Shown: positions 18,985 through 28,707, counted from the stretch's first letter. The stretch is DNA of 32,000 nucleotides from Pseudidiomarina andamanensis (GCF_009734345.1 NZ_CP032551.1:1020001-1052000), one strand, 5' to 3'. A program made the numbers and translations. Notes: generated by a model from the letters alone, not told the origin.

Positions 18985-20253
18985 TTGGACGAGATATCCA
19001 CCTCGACCCTACTTATCATTCTTGGGGTTTTATTGCTGCTTTCGGCCTACTTTTCTGGTTCGGAAACTGGAATGATGTCAGTCAATCGCTATCGACTCAG
19101 ACATCTTGCGCAACAAGGTAATGCCGGAGCCAGTCGCGTCCAATATTTACTCGATCGGCCCGATCGCTTGATCGGCCTCATTCTGATAGGCAATAACCTC
19201 GTTAATATCGCCGCATCTGCAATTGCGACCATTATTTGTTTACGCTGGTTTGGCGATGCAGGTATCGTTATTGCGACGTTCGGGTTAACACTTATTGTAT
19301 TAATTTTTGCTGAAGTCACACCAAAAACAATTGCTGCACTGCACCCTGAGCGCATTGCATTTCCAAGCTCCATCATCTTGAAGCCTTTGCTGCGCATCAT
19401 GTACCCATTGGTCGCGACGGTAAACTTCATTACCAACGGTTTCATGCGATTACTTGGTATCAACCCAAATGGGTCTGCAGGACAAGATGCACTAAGTTCG
19501 GAAGAGCTGCGTACCGTTGTTAATGAAGCAAATTCAATGATTCCGTCAAGTCACCAAGAAATGCTACTGAGTATTCTTGATTTGGAAAAGGTGACGGTTG
19601 AAGATGTGATGATTCCGCGCGCTGAAATCTCCGGTATTGATGTACAAGATGATGTGAAATCAATTATCAAGCAGCTCAGCCAAGCTCAATACACGCGTAT
19701 TTTGTTGTATCGTAACGAAATTGATGACGCTGTTGGATTTCTGCATGCCCGCGACATCATGCAGATTATGACAAAGAATAATTCTGATTTAGACAAATCT
19801 GAGATCGTCCGTGCGGCACGCGATATTTACTATATCCCTGAAGGGACACCGTTAAACGTTCAGCTACTCAAATTTCAACGCAACAAAGAACGTATTGGAC
19901 TTGTTGTCGATGAGTATGGTGATATTCAAGGATTAGTGACGCTTGAAGATATTCTTGAAGAAATTGTTGGCGACTTTACAACAAGTATTACGCCAGCTCC
20001 TAGCGAAACCACCCAGATTCAGCCCGACGGTTCAGTACTGGTTGAAGGCGTTGCAAACATCCGCGATTTAAATAAAGAAATGAATTGGGAGTTACCAACA
20101 GATGGGCCAAAAACAGTGAGTGGCCTGATCATTGAAACTCTGGGTGATATTCCACAGCAAGCGCTGTGCCTGAGAATTAATGGGTATGCAATGGAAGTTA
20201 TCGAAAGTAGCGACAACCTCGTTAAACTCGTTCGCTTCTTGCCTGAGAAATAG
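18985..20253 (+). CDS. yfjD: CNNM/CorB-family membrane protein (DUF21 + CBS pair + CorC_HlyC domain)
   Basis: 422 aa. N-terminal TM domain (SGSETGMMSVNRYRL), a CBS pair region, and a C-terminal CorC/HlyC transporter-associated domain. TTG start with AGGA 7 nt upstream. Synteny with E. coli ypjD-yfjD. Confidence 0.85.
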   Translation: MDEISTSTLLIILGVLLLLSAYFSGSETGMMSVNRYRLRHLAQQGNAGASRVQYLLDRPDRLIGLILIGNNLVNIAASAIATIICLRWFGDAGIVIATFGLTLIVLIFAEVTPKTIAALHPERIAFPSSIILKPLLRIMYPLVATVNFITNGFMRLLGINPNGSAGQDALSSEELRTVVNEANSMIPSSHQEMLLSILDLEKVTVEDVMIPRAEISGIDVQDDVKSIIKQLSQAQYTRILLYRNEIDDAVGFLHARDIMQIMTKNNSDLDKSEIVRAARDIYYIPEGTPLNVQLLKFQRNKERIGLVVDEYGDIQGLVTLEDILEEIVGDFTTSITPAPSETTQIQPDGSVLVEGVANIRDLNKEMNWELPTDGPKTVSGLIIETLGDIPQQALCLRINGYAMEVIESSDNLVKLVRFLPEK

Positions 20254-20259
20254 CGCTTA

Positions 20260-20868
20260 TTAGAACAATAAGCGCCACAACCATCCGCGTTTTAACTCGT
20301 CTTCGCATTGGCGCAATTGTGCGCCATAGCGGCTTGCTCTCGCTTTTACGCGTTCAGCAGTTCGCATTAACCAACGTTTTTGACGGTAGGTTTGACGTTG
20401 GTAACCGCCCCAGCCCTCGTGATAATTCAAATACTGAGCGTAGGCATCCCACTTAGAAACACCGTTAATTGTTTGGCTTTTTGAGATAAACCAGCCCATA
20501 AAATCGATGGCGTCTTCAAAATCATCGCGCGATGACCATGAATTTCCAGTTTCACGAACATAGTCATCCCAGGTCGCTGTCTTGGCTTGTGAATACCCAT
20601 AAGCACTGCTGACTCGCCCCCAAGGAATAATCCAGAGAATATAATCTCGTGGCGGCACCGCATCGTGTTTGAACGAACTCTCTTGATACATCATGGCCAT
20701 GGGAACCTGAATCGGCACGCCCCACTTATCGCGCATATCAGATGCAGCATCATACCAATCACGTTTTTCTTCAAATATTCGACACAGATTCTCCGGCTCT
20801 TCAGGCGGCGCCGAGGCGCACCCAGTTAAAATCAGTGCTGTAAGAATAACGGTAAACTGAACCTTCAT
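20260..20868 (-). CDS. Lipoprotein with SLT-like (lytic transglycosylase family 1) motifs
   Basis: 202 aa with lipobox LILTGC. Motifs spaced like SLT E-S / GLMQ / AYNxG: MMYQESSF, AYGYSQ and LNYHEGWGG. The family assignment is from motifs only. Confidence 0.55.
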   Translation of the reverse strand: MKVQFTVILTALILTGCASAPPEEPENLCRIFEEKRDWYDAASDMRDKWGVPIQVPMAMMYQESSFKHDAVPPRDYILWIIPWGRVSSAYGYSQAKTATWDDYVRETGNSWSSRDDFEDAIDFMGWFISKSQTINGVSKWDAYAQYLNYHEGWGGYQRQTYRQKRWLMRTAERVKARASRYGAQLRQCEDELKRGWLWRLLF

Positions 20869-20871
20869 TGT

Positions 20872-22467
20872 TTAACAATCCGGCGACTGACACGCAGCAC
20901 GGCGGAAATACTCCTCTAAAAACTCATCAAAACTGGTGTTAGCGTCTTGTTGTTCTAGCTCGGTTTGAGCGGTCAGTGACGCATCACGCAAGCGCTCGAA
21001 CTCAGACTCCGAAAAATACATTAACGGTTGGTCACTCAGTTGCTGCTTATATTTGCGGGCAAGTTGCATACCAAATTCACTATTATCCATCTGGTTATCG
21101 AGCAAATACGATAAAAACTGACCCGATAGTGTCAACTCTGGATTCAAGACACAACGATACTGTTGTGTCACCGTATCGCTATATGTGTTGCCTCCATGAG
21201 CAGCATCCATCACTTTTGCAATTTGTTGTAGGTCGGCAAAAACATCTTCCAACCAATCCGAAATAGGACGCTCATAATTATTATCATTCAGGGTCAAGCG
21301 AGGATTTCGCCCATCCATAACGACCCGATTAAAATTCTTATCGGCAATAACTTGTTCATCCCAGCTCATCGGCTTACTTGGCGAGATAGCACAGTACATT
21401 AAGAGCAAATCTAAGAACCGAATTTGCTCTTCGGTAATGCCTACCGGACTAAACGGGTTCACATCTAATGCGCGAACCTCAATGTATTCGACACCACCGC
21501 GCTCAAGAGCCTGCGTCGGCGTTTCACCGGAACGAGCAACGCGTTTCGGTCGGATTGCTGAATAAAACTCGTTTTCGATTTGTAGAATATTATTATTTAG
21601 CTGGCGATACTCACCGTCTACTTTAACGCCTATTTTGCTAAATCTTGTCGATTCCTTTGTAATCGCACGGCGCAAGCCACTCACATACTCTTCCAATGTA
21701 TTGTAGGTAATTCTGAGATCGGCCTGCTCTTTGTTGGTATACCCTAGGTCACTCATTCGCAATGACGTTCCGTATGGGCGATAAACCGTCCCCTTACCCA
21801 TTGATGAGAATTCAATGTTGTCTTCCGTGTGTTGCAAAAACGACTTACAAATAGCCGGTGATGCGCCAAATAGGTAAGGGATCATCCAACAAACACGTTT
21901 ATAATTACGAATTAAATGGAAATATTTTGCTGAAACAAAGTCCTGATTAAATGGCTCGTTTTCATGCTGCGCGAGTAGCGCTAAGAGCTCATCCGAAAGA
22001 CTAAAATTAAAGTGAACGCCGGCAATTATCTGCATGCCACCGCCATATCGATACGTCAGACCTTTGCGATATAAGGTCTTCATTTTTCCGGTATGTGAAC
22101 TACCATACTGCGCAATCACAATATCCTCAGCTGAGCCAACAAAACACGGCATGCTCAGCGGCCACAACAGCTCATCACCTAACTCTTGATAAGTGACTTT
22201 GTGAATATCTGACAACTGCTCGAGAGTAACTGCAATATCGCTAGCGACTGGTGTAATAAACTCCATGAGTGTCTCAGCATAATCAGTCGTGATAAGCGGA
22301 TGTTTAAGCGCTGATCCAAGTGCCTTGGGATGTGGACTGGTAGCTAATTTACCCTGTTCGGTAATGCGCAAAGTTTCGCGTTCGACGCCACGCTGAATAC
22401 CTCGTAAGGCTTGAACGTGCTCGGGTTTGGCGAGTGTCGCCAACAGTTCGGCAAATTGTGACTGCAA
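20872..22467 (-). CDS. gshA: Glutamate-cysteine ligase
   Basis: 531 aa. The N-terminus ...ALRGIQRGVERETLRI aligns with E. coli GshA (ALKGIQRGLERETLRV), and similarity continues throughout. TTG start with AGGA 6 nt upstream. Confidence 0.93.
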   Translation of the reverse strand: MQSQFAELLATLAKPEHVQALRGIQRGVERETLRITEQGKLATSPHPKALGSALKHPLITTDYAETLMEFITPVASDIAVTLEQLSDIHKVTYQELGDELLWPLSMPCFVGSAEDIVIAQYGSSHTGKMKTLYRKGLTYRYGGGMQIIAGVHFNFSLSDELLALLAQHENEPFNQDFVSAKYFHLIRNYKRVCWMIPYLFGASPAICKSFLQHTEDNIEFSSMGKGTVYRPYGTSLRMSDLGYTNKEQADLRITYNTLEEYVSGLRRAITKESTRFSKIGVKVDGEYRQLNNNILQIENEFYSAIRPKRVARSGETPTQALERGGVEYIEVRALDVNPFSPVGITEEQIRFLDLLLMYCAISPSKPMSWDEQVIADKNFNRVVMDGRNPRLTLNDNNYERPISDWLEDVFADLQQIAKVMDAAHGGNTYSDTVTQQYRCVLNPELTLSGQFLSYLLDNQMDNSEFGMQLARKYKQQLSDQPLMYFSESEFERLRDASLTAQTELEQQDANTSFDEFLEEYFRRAACQSPDC

Positions 22468-22631
22468 AATATATCCTGCCTTGTATCATCGAGCTAAAAG
22501 TTATGGCGAAATATTACTGGTTTATAAACGGTTAGTCTATGTTAGTTGGTGCCTGTTAAACATTGGCAGTGCTGGGCTCGCGTGGCATGATAAGACATCG
22601 TTAACAGATAAGTGTTGATTTGAGGCAGTTG

Positions 22632-24746
22632 ATGCGTGTATCAGGAAAGATAAAACAGTGGCTAACTAAACACCTACGCCGCAATCCAGTGCGCAGCGAA
22701 GCGCCTGTCCCTTCGTCAGACCCCGCGTCAATTGCCGAACGAGAACGTGAATTACAGGCTGTCGCAGCAGCCAACCAAGCGAAAAGCGAATTTTTAGCGA
22801 ATGTCAGCCACGAAATTCGTACCCCCATCAATGCCATTCTTGGGATGACGCAATTAAGCTTGAAAACTGATTTAGATGACCAACAGCGGAGCTATTTGCG
22901 CTCGATTGAAAGCTCATCTCGAATCTTGCTTGGTATCGTGAATGATTTGCTCGATTTCGCTAAAATTGAAGCTGGTAAACTGTCTATTGAAGCCATTCCG
23001 TTCGACCTAGAGGAAGTATTAGCTAATTTGGCCGACATGTTCGCCTATCGAGCATACGACAAGAACTTAGAGTTCATCATTAATTTACCAACCAATATCC
23101 CAACACGCCTCATTGGCGATCCGCTGCGGCTGAACCAAGTGTTAGTCAACTTAGTGAGTAACGCGGTAAAGTTCACAGAAGACGGTGAAATCGTCGTTGC
23201 CGCAACCTTACTTGATATCGATTCTGATAACGTCTATCTGCGGTTGTCAGTAACCGACACCGGCATAGGCATGGACGAAGCGCAACGTGCGCGATTATTC
23301 AATGCATTTACCCAAGCGGATGCCTCCACTACGAGGCGTTTCGGGGGGACTGGGCTAGGTTTAGCGATTAGCCAACGCATCGTCAAATTAATGAATCAAC
23401 ATGGCCTTGGTGTCATCAGCACATTAGGTCAAGGCTCCACATTTTTTTTGGAAATGCGCTTTCCGTTACAAAAGAATCAAGATGATTCGGGGCGCGCTTC
23501 ACTCATCAATCGATTACAGCAAAAATCTGTACTGGCGATTGAGGACAACTTAACAACGCGGGAGATGCTTACCGAGTTACTTCGTAGTTATTCCGTGAAT
23601 GTCTTAAGTTGTCGAACTGCCGAAGAAGCAATTCAGCTGCTGGAACAACATGATTTCGATGCCGTAATTGTCGATTGGCAACTACCTGGCATGAGTGGTT
23701 TAGAATTTTGTCAGGAGTTATTGTCCGCAGAGACAAAGCCGCCACGCCTAATTCTCGCTACCAACTATCACGCAAAAGATATGATTGAACAAGCGCGTCA
23801 GATTGGTGTTGCAGAATACATTGTTAAACCTTATACCAGCTCAGCATTACTGCGAGTCTTATGCTCGGCGTTAGCCATTTCGGAGCAAACATCGGTAACG
23901 GCTAGGCCGACCCGCCTTGAAGAAATATGTAGTGCGCCAGTTTTGTTGGTTGAAGATAATGATATTAACCAAATGATTGCAAAAGAGATGCTGCAACAAG
24001 CAGGCCTGATTGTTGATGTTGCCCGCAACGGCGAAGAAGCTGTGACCATGGTCACAGCAAAATCATACGCCTTGGTATTTATGGATATCCAAATGCCAGT
24101 GATGGATGGTTTAACTGCGGCAGAAAAAATTCGAGGTTTCTTCTCCTATCAGCAATTACCAATTATAGCCATGACGGCAAACAGCAGTGATGAAGACATT
24201 GAACGCTCGCTTGCGGCCGGAATGCAGGATCATATTAGCAAACCTATCGATGAAGAAACGCTGCTTGGCGCCCTAGAAAAGTGGTGTGTTCGCGGTCATT
24301 ACATGAATGACGAACAAACTTCTGAAAAATCAAAACCCCCGGTCAACACCAGTGAACAAATTTCTTATCCGAATCAAAATGGCATTGACTTCAATGGTGC
24401 CATGGAGCGACTTGGCCACAACCTCTCGCTGTATCAAACGCTCGTAGAACGACTTTACAATGACTATCATCAAGCACCTCAGCAAGTCGTCGAGTTTTTA
24501 TCGAAAGGCCAGCACGACCAAGCAAAGCGATTTTTCCATTCATTGAAAGGCGCCTCAGCCAACTTAGGATTGACGAAACTATCGAAAGTAGCCGCTACAC
24601 TAGAACAGAGCATGTCGGCAGGTGCGGTCAATGAAGTTGCCGATAATATTACTCGCCTCGACCCGTTACTCGAGCAAGCACGACAGGCTGTTGCCGATCT
24701 CGTTCTGTGGCAGCAACGCCAGCAAAATTCAGGAAAACAGTCATGA
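22632..24746 (+). CDS. Cytoplasmic hybrid histidine kinase: HisKA-HATPase-REC-REC-Hpt, no TM or sensor domain
   Basis: H-box [14 protein letters not shown] about 55 aa from the start. N-box [11 protein letters not shown]1 DTGIGM, G2 [13 protein letters not shown]1 has [24 protein letters not shown]2 has [21 protein letters not shown]. Hpt has [14 protein letters not shown] prefer ATG 22632 (GAGG 6 nt upstream) over the in-frame TTG at 22620. Confidence 0.88.
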   Translation: MRVSGKIKQWLTKHLRRNPVRSEAPVPSSDPASIAERERELQAVAAANQAKSEFLANVSHEIRTPINAILGMTQLSLKTDLDDQQRSYLRSIESSSRILLGIVNDLLDFAKIEAGKLSIEAIPFDLEEVLANLADMFAYRAYDKNLEFIINLPTNIPTRLIGDPLRLNQVLVNLVSNAVKFTEDGEIVVAATLLDIDSDNVYLRLSVTDTGIGMDEAQRARLFNAFTQADASTTRRFGGTGLGLAISQRIVKLMNQHGLGVISTLGQGSTFFLEMRFPLQKNQDDSGRASLINRLQQKSVLAIEDNLTTREMLTELLRSYSVNVLSCRTAEEAIQLLEQHDFDAVIVDWQLPGMSGLEFCQELLSAETKPPRLILATNYHAKDMIEQARQIGVAEYIVKPYTSSALLRVLCSALAISEQTSVTARPTRLEEICSAPVLLVEDNDINQMIAKEMLQQAGLIVDVARNGEEAVTMVTAKSYALVFMDIQMPVMDGLTAAEKIRGFFSYQQLPIIAMTANSSDEDIERSLAAGMQDHISKPIDEETLLGALEKWCVRGHYMNDEQTSEKSKPPVNTSEQISYPNQNGIDFNGAMERLGHNLSLYQTLVERLYNDYHQAPQQVVEFLSKGQHDQAKRFFHSLKGASANLGLTKLSKVAATLEQSMSAGAVNEVADNITRLDPLLEQARQAVADLVLWQQRQQNSGKQS

Positions 24747-24916
24747 CTCGATTTTTATTTTTAATACCATTGATTTTAAGCGTGGCTTGGTTCGTTTATT
24801 TGAGATTACATGGTTGGACGTTGCGGGAAGGCCTAAAGGGCTTCGTTTATATTGCGGTTTTTAGCGCATTCATCGCTATTTTTTACACATTGATGTTATG
24901 GATAACGGGAAGGTAA
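24743..24916 (+). CDS. Small two-TM membrane protein (57 aa), start overlaps the kinase stop codon
   Basis: The ATGA overlap with the kinase stop and AGGA 8 nt upstream suggest translational coupling. The sequence [57 protein letters not shown] has two clear hydrophobic helices. A terminator hairpin encloses its stop codon. No family recognised. Confidence 0.5.
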   Translation: MTRFLFLIPLILSVAWFVYLRLHGWTLREGLKGFVYIAVFSAFIAIFYTLMLWITGR

Positions 24917-24936
24917 CCCCCTTCCCGTTTGTCTTT
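24904..24936. terminator. Bidirectional terminator hairpin between the small membrane ORF and oadB
   Basis: Stem AACGGGAAGG (24904-24913) / CCTTCCCGTT (24920-24929) with loop TAACCC, followed by TTTGTCTTT on the plus strand. It lies immediately downstream of the oadB stop on the minus strand. Confidence 0.65.
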
Positions 24937-26065
24937 AACCTACCAAAGCTAGCAAAATACCCGCAGCAACCGCGCTCCCTAGAACACCTGCTACGTTTGG
25001 TCCCATTGCATGCATGAGCAAGAAATTTTGAGGGTTCGCTTCCAAACCTACTTTGTTCACCACGCGAGCCGCCATCGGTACGGCAGACACGCCGGCAGCG
25101 CCAATGAGAGGATTAATCGGTTGTTTGCTCACCTTACTCATCAATTTGGCCATCAGAACACCTGAAGCCGTCCCAATACCAAATGCGACAGCACCAAGAG
25201 CTAGAATACCGAGCGTTTGTAGCGATAGAAACTCTTCAGCAGACAACTTCGAACCAACCGCGAGCCCAAGAAATATCGTCACAATATTAATGAGTTCATT
25301 TTGTGCTGTTTTACTTAATCTATCGACTACACCAGCTTCACGCATCAAGTTACCTAAACAAAACATGCCAACGAGAGGCGTTGCCGTTGGTAAGAACAAT
25401 AGCGTGAGAAAAAGAACAGCTAATGGGAACAAGATTTTCTCACGACGAGCAACTGGCCGTAGTTGCTCCATCTGAATTTTGCGTTCGGCTTCTGTGGTCA
25501 ACAGCCTCATAATCGGCGGCTGAATAATCGGTACCAGTGCCATATATGAATAAGCCGCCACAGCTATCGCACCGAGTAAATCGGGACTCAACCGTGAGGC
25601 TAGAAAAATTGCTGTGGGTCCATCAGCACCGCCAATAATAGCAATTGCCGATGCATCCGCCAGCGTAAAATCAAACCCCGGCAGACCGTTGAGAGCAATC
25701 GCACCAAGCAGCGTCGCAAAAATACCGAATTGCGCGGCCGCGCCGAGCAATAAGGTTCTTGGGTTAGCCAACAACGGACCGAAATCGGTCATGGCACCAA
25801 CACCCATAAAAATCAGTAACGGAAATACACCGGTCTCAATACCAACGTAATAGATGTAATACAACAACCCGCCAGGCTCAGTGAATCCGGCCTGAGGAAT
25901 GTTTGCCAGAATAGCACCAAAGCCAATTGGCAATAATAATAGCGGCTCGAATTTCTTGTGAATCGCTAAATAGAGTAACAGTGCGCCAACCAACATCATG
26001 ATCGCAGCACCCCAAGTGAATGCTGCAATCGCTGTGCTTTCCCACAACGTCATTAAACGGTCCAT
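24935..26065 (-). CDS. oadB: Oxaloacetate decarboxylase (Na+-pumping) beta subunit
   Basis: 376 aa polytopic membrane protein. [21 protein letters not shown] and the overall sequence match OadB/GcdB family proteins. Confidence 0.92.
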   Translation of the reverse strand: MDRLMTLWESTAIAAFTWGAAIMMLVGALLLYLAIHKKFEPLLLLPIGFGAILANIPQAGFTEPGGLLYYIYYVGIETGVFPLLIFMGVGAMTDFGPLLANPRTLLLGAAAQFGIFATLLGAIALNGLPGFDFTLADASAIAIIGGADGPTAIFLASRLSPDLLGAIAVAAYSYMALVPIIQPPIMRLLTTEAERKIQMEQLRPVARREKILFPLAVLFLTLLFLPTATPLVGMFCLGNLMREAGVVDRLSKTAQNELINIVTIFLGLAVGSKLSAEEFLSLQTLGILALGAVAFGIGTASGVLMAKLMSKVSKQPINPLIGAAGVSAVPMAARVVNKVGLEANPQNFLLMHAMGPNVAGVLGSAVAAGILLALVG

Positions 26066-26068
26066 GTG

Positions 26069-27856
26069 TTACTCCAAAGTCAGCAAAACATCACCGACAT
26101 TCACGCTGTCACCTTCTTTGGTAACCAGCGTTGCCACCGTACCATCATGTTCAGCTTTAATATCAGTTTCCATTTTCATGGCTTCGAGAATAATTAAAAC
26201 GTCACCGGCCTTAATTTGTTGGCCTTGCTTCACCTGAATTTTGAAAACATTACCTGCGAGAGGAGCTTTCACCTCTCTACTACCAGCGGCTTGCGGTGCA
26301 GGCGCATCAGTCTTAGGTTGCGCTGCAGAAGCGGCCACAATCTGCCCAGACGGAGCCACTTCAACGGTAAATGTCTTACCATCGACTCGAACGTCATACA
26401 CTTCGGTTGTTCCTGAGCTGTTCGAGCTATTTGCAGATGGTGAATTAGCTTCCGCAACAGTATCTTCAGCATTTGGAACAGGTTCGAATGCATCTGGATT
26501 GCCGCGGTTCTGTAGAAACTTCAATCCGATTTGCGGGAACAACGCATAAGTTAAAACGTCATCGACTTCATTTGTTGCTAACTGAATGCCATCCGCCTTC
26601 GCTTTTTCCTTCAGCTCTTGTGTTAGTTTATCCATCTCATCATCAATCAGATCGGCCGGGCGACACTCAATCGGCTTGTCACCGTCTAACACACGTTGTT
26701 GCAACTCTTTATTTACTGGCGCAGCGGTTGCACCATACTCACCGCGCAACACGCCTCGGGTCTCTTTAGAAATAGACTTATAACGCTCGCCACTCAGTAC
26801 GTTCAAAACAGCCTGAGTTCCGACAATTTGTGATGTCGGGGTTACTAGCGGAATAAAACCCAAGTCTTCGCGAACTCGCGGGATCTCTTCAAGAACTTCA
26901 TCAAACTTGTCGGTCGCACCTTGCTCGCGTAATTGGTTTTCCATGTTAGTTAGCATGCCACCAGGTACTTGCGCGACTAATATCCGGGCATCAACACCCT
27001 TCAAAGATCCTTCGAACTTCGCATACTTTTTGCGAACTTCACGGAAGTAACTTGCAATATCAGTAAGCTCTTCAAGGTCGAGACCGGTATCTCGTGCTGT
27101 ACCTTCAGTCATCGCCACAATCGTTTCTGTCGCTGAGTGACCGTAAGTCATACTCATCGAAGAGATGGCGGTATCCAACATATCGATACCAGCATCAATT
27201 GCCTTCTGGTAAGTTGCCGTACTTAAACCCGTTGTTGCGTGACATTGCATTGCAATTGGAATATTCACCGTTTTTTTCAAAGCCGAAATCAACTCGAAAG
27301 CAGGCTCTGGCCGCAATAGACCAGCCATATCTTTGATACACAACGAATCGCAGCCAAGTGCTTCTAACTCCTTGGCCATTTCCAACCATTTATCGAGCGT
27401 ATGTACCGGACTAACCGTATAAGACATCGTGCCTTGGGCATGACCGTCAACTTCTTTTGTTGCTTTAATTGCCGTTTCTAAATTGCGAACATCGTTCATC
27501 GCATCAAAGATACGAAAAACATCAACGCCATTCTCTTTTGCTCGTTCAACGAAACGACGCACAACATCATCGGCATAATGTCGATAGCCCAATAGGTTTT
27601 GCCCGCGCAACAACATCTGCTGAGGCGTTTTTGGCATTGCATTCTTTAATTCACGAATGCGCTCCCAAGGGTCTTCACCTAAATAGCGTATACACGCATC
27701 AAAGGTTGCACCGCCCCAAGACTCCATTGACCAATAGCCCATCTCATCGAGCTTTGCTGCAATTGGTAACATGTCATCAAGACGCATGCGAGTCGCAAGT
27801 AATGATTGATGGGCGTCACGTAATACTAATTCAGTCAACTTCAAAGGTTTTGTCAT
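26069..27856 (-). CDS. oadA: Oxaloacetate decarboxylase alpha subunit (carboxyltransferase + biotinyl domain)
   Basis: 595 aa. N-terminal TIM-barrel carboxyltransferase (LRDAHQSL...[10 protein letters not shown]), an Ala/Pro-rich linker, and a C-terminal biotin attachment motif LEAMKMET. Confidence 0.93.
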   Translation of the reverse strand: MTKPLKLTELVLRDAHQSLLATRMRLDDMLPIAAKLDEMGYWSMESWGGATFDACIRYLGEDPWERIRELKNAMPKTPQQMLLRGQNLLGYRHYADDVVRRFVERAKENGVDVFRIFDAMNDVRNLETAIKATKEVDGHAQGTMSYTVSPVHTLDKWLEMAKELEALGCDSLCIKDMAGLLRPEPAFELISALKKTVNIPIAMQCHATTGLSTATYQKAIDAGIDMLDTAISSMSMTYGHSATETIVAMTEGTARDTGLDLEELTDIASYFREVRKKYAKFEGSLKGVDARILVAQVPGGMLTNMENQLREQGATDKFDEVLEEIPRVREDLGFIPLVTPTSQIVGTQAVLNVLSGERYKSISKETRGVLRGEYGATAAPVNKELQQRVLDGDKPIECRPADLIDDEMDKLTQELKEKAKADGIQLATNEVDDVLTYALFPQIGLKFLQNRGNPDAFEPVPNAEDTVAEANSPSANSSNSSGTTEVYDVRVDGKTFTVEVAPSGQIVAASAAQPKTDAPAPQAAGSREVKAPLAGNVFKIQVKQGQQIKAGDVLIILEAMKMETDIKAEHDGTVATLVTKEGDSVNVGDVLLTLE

Positions 27857-27873
27857 GAAAGCGCTCCTTACTT

Positions 27874-28101
27874 TTACGAACGACGGTTGCGACGGTATTG
27901 GTGAATAGCTGCTGAGATAGCAGCAAGCTGCATTGTGCTTGGCTGCTGTTCATCAGATGATTGGGTTTGTGACTCTAATTCCACTTTACCTGCGATAACG
28001 CGTAAAAGGGCCATCGCACCAATTAAAAGCGTCAAAAACACAAAAACAGTGACCATTCCGGTCACCATGATCATGAAAGCTTCAGAGATGAGATTCGTCA
28101 T
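27874..28101 (-). CDS. oadG: Oxaloacetate decarboxylase gamma subunit
   Basis: 75 aa with a single N-terminal TM helix and C-terminal [11 protein letters not shown], as in Vibrio OadG. First gene of the oadGAB order. Confidence 0.8.
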   Translation of the reverse strand: MTNLISEAFMIMVTGMVTVFVFLTLLIGAMALLRVIAGKVELESQTQSSDEQQPSTMQLAAISAAIHQYRRNRRS

Positions 28102-28218
28102 GCAACGCCTGCTTCTGTTGAGTTTATTGTTTTAATCCTAATTGAAACTCAGGATAACACAATTTATTTACAGGCAGGGTTTAGCAAAAAAATAGACAAT
28201 ATAAGTGAGAGAGATAGA

Positions 28219-28281
28219 CGTTATTCGTTATTCGTTATTCGTTATTCGTTATTCGTTATTCGTTATTCGTTATTCGTTATT
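28219..28281. repeat. Perfect tandem heptamer array (CGTTATT) x 9
   Basis: Read directly from the sequence: nine uninterrupted 7-bp units from 28219 to 28281. Confidence 0.97.
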
Positions 28282-28301
28282 CACGTTAGTGTTTTTGTTT
28301 T

Positions 28302-28404
28302 AACGAATAACGACAAGCGAAGCGATCGAATAACGATAAACGCTTTTGGGGGGTGTGTTTGATTTTTCGAATAACCAACAACGAATAACGATTAACGATT
28401 AACG
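28302..28404. repeat. Dispersed inverted copies of the same heptamer (CGAATAA and degenerate variants)
   Basis: Exact CGAATAA at 28304, 28327, 28368 and 28382. Degenerate units: CGATAAA (28334), CCAACAA (28375) and CGATTAA (28389, 28396). Confidence 0.85.
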
Positions 28405-28422
28405 CTCTTGGTTTTAAGGAAG

Positions 28423-28499
28423 TGGCGCACTCGGGAGGACTCGAACCTCCAACCGCTCGGTTCGTAGCCGAGTACTCTATCCAGTTGAGCTACGAGTGC
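28423..28499 (-). tRNA. tRNA-Arg (anticodon ACG), copy 1
   Basis: The reverse complement GCACTCGTAGCTCAACTGGATAGAGTACTCGGCTACGAACCGAGCGGTTGGAGGTTCGAGTCCTCCCGAGTGCGCCA folds as a 77-nt cloverleaf. Anticodon loop CUACGAA, encoded CCA, near-identical to E. coli argV-type tRNA. Confidence 0.93.
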
Positions 28500-28525
28500 G
28501 CATATCAATTTTGACTGTCAACAAA

Positions 28526-28602
28526 TGGCGCACTCGGGAGGACTTGAACCTCCAACCGCTCGGTTCGTAGCCGAGTACTCTATCCAATTGAGCTACGAGT
28601 GC
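28526..28602 (-). tRNA. tRNA-Arg (anticodon ACG), copy 2
   Basis: Same 77-nt sequence as copy 1 except for two substitutions, one in the D-loop (CAATTGG vs CAACTGG) and one in the T-loop (TTCAAGT vs TTCGAGT). Confidence 0.93.
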
Positions 28603-28614
28603 GTTGTTGACAAA

Positions 28615-28707
28615 TGGCGGTGAGGGAGGGATTCGAACCCTCGATAGAGCTACAAACCCTATACTCCCTTAGCAGGGGAGCGCCTTCAGCCTCTCGGCCA
28701 CCTCACC
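28615..28707 (-). tRNA. tRNA-Ser (anticodon GCU), long variable arm
   Basis: The reverse complement begins GGTGAGGTGGCCGAGAGGCTGAAGGCGCTCCCCTGCTAAGGGAG and ends GGTTCGAATCCCTCCCTCACCGCCA. 93 nt, anticodon loop CUGCUAA, close to E. coli serV. Confidence 0.93.

Noticed and set aside
22468-22631. Possible MicA-like sRNA upstream of gshA (the E. coli sRNA MicA lies next to gshA)
   Set aside because: There is no terminator hairpin with a U-tract and no sequence resembling MicA in this 164-bp spacer. It most simply holds the divergent gshA and kinase promoters.
28219-28404. Heptamer repeat region considered as a CRISPR array or as a coding repeat
   Set aside because: The units are 7 bp with no spacers, far from CRISPR geometry, and there are no cas genes. 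Read as codons, the array gives (RYSLFVI)n, but it has no start codon or RBS and sits in an intergenic region.
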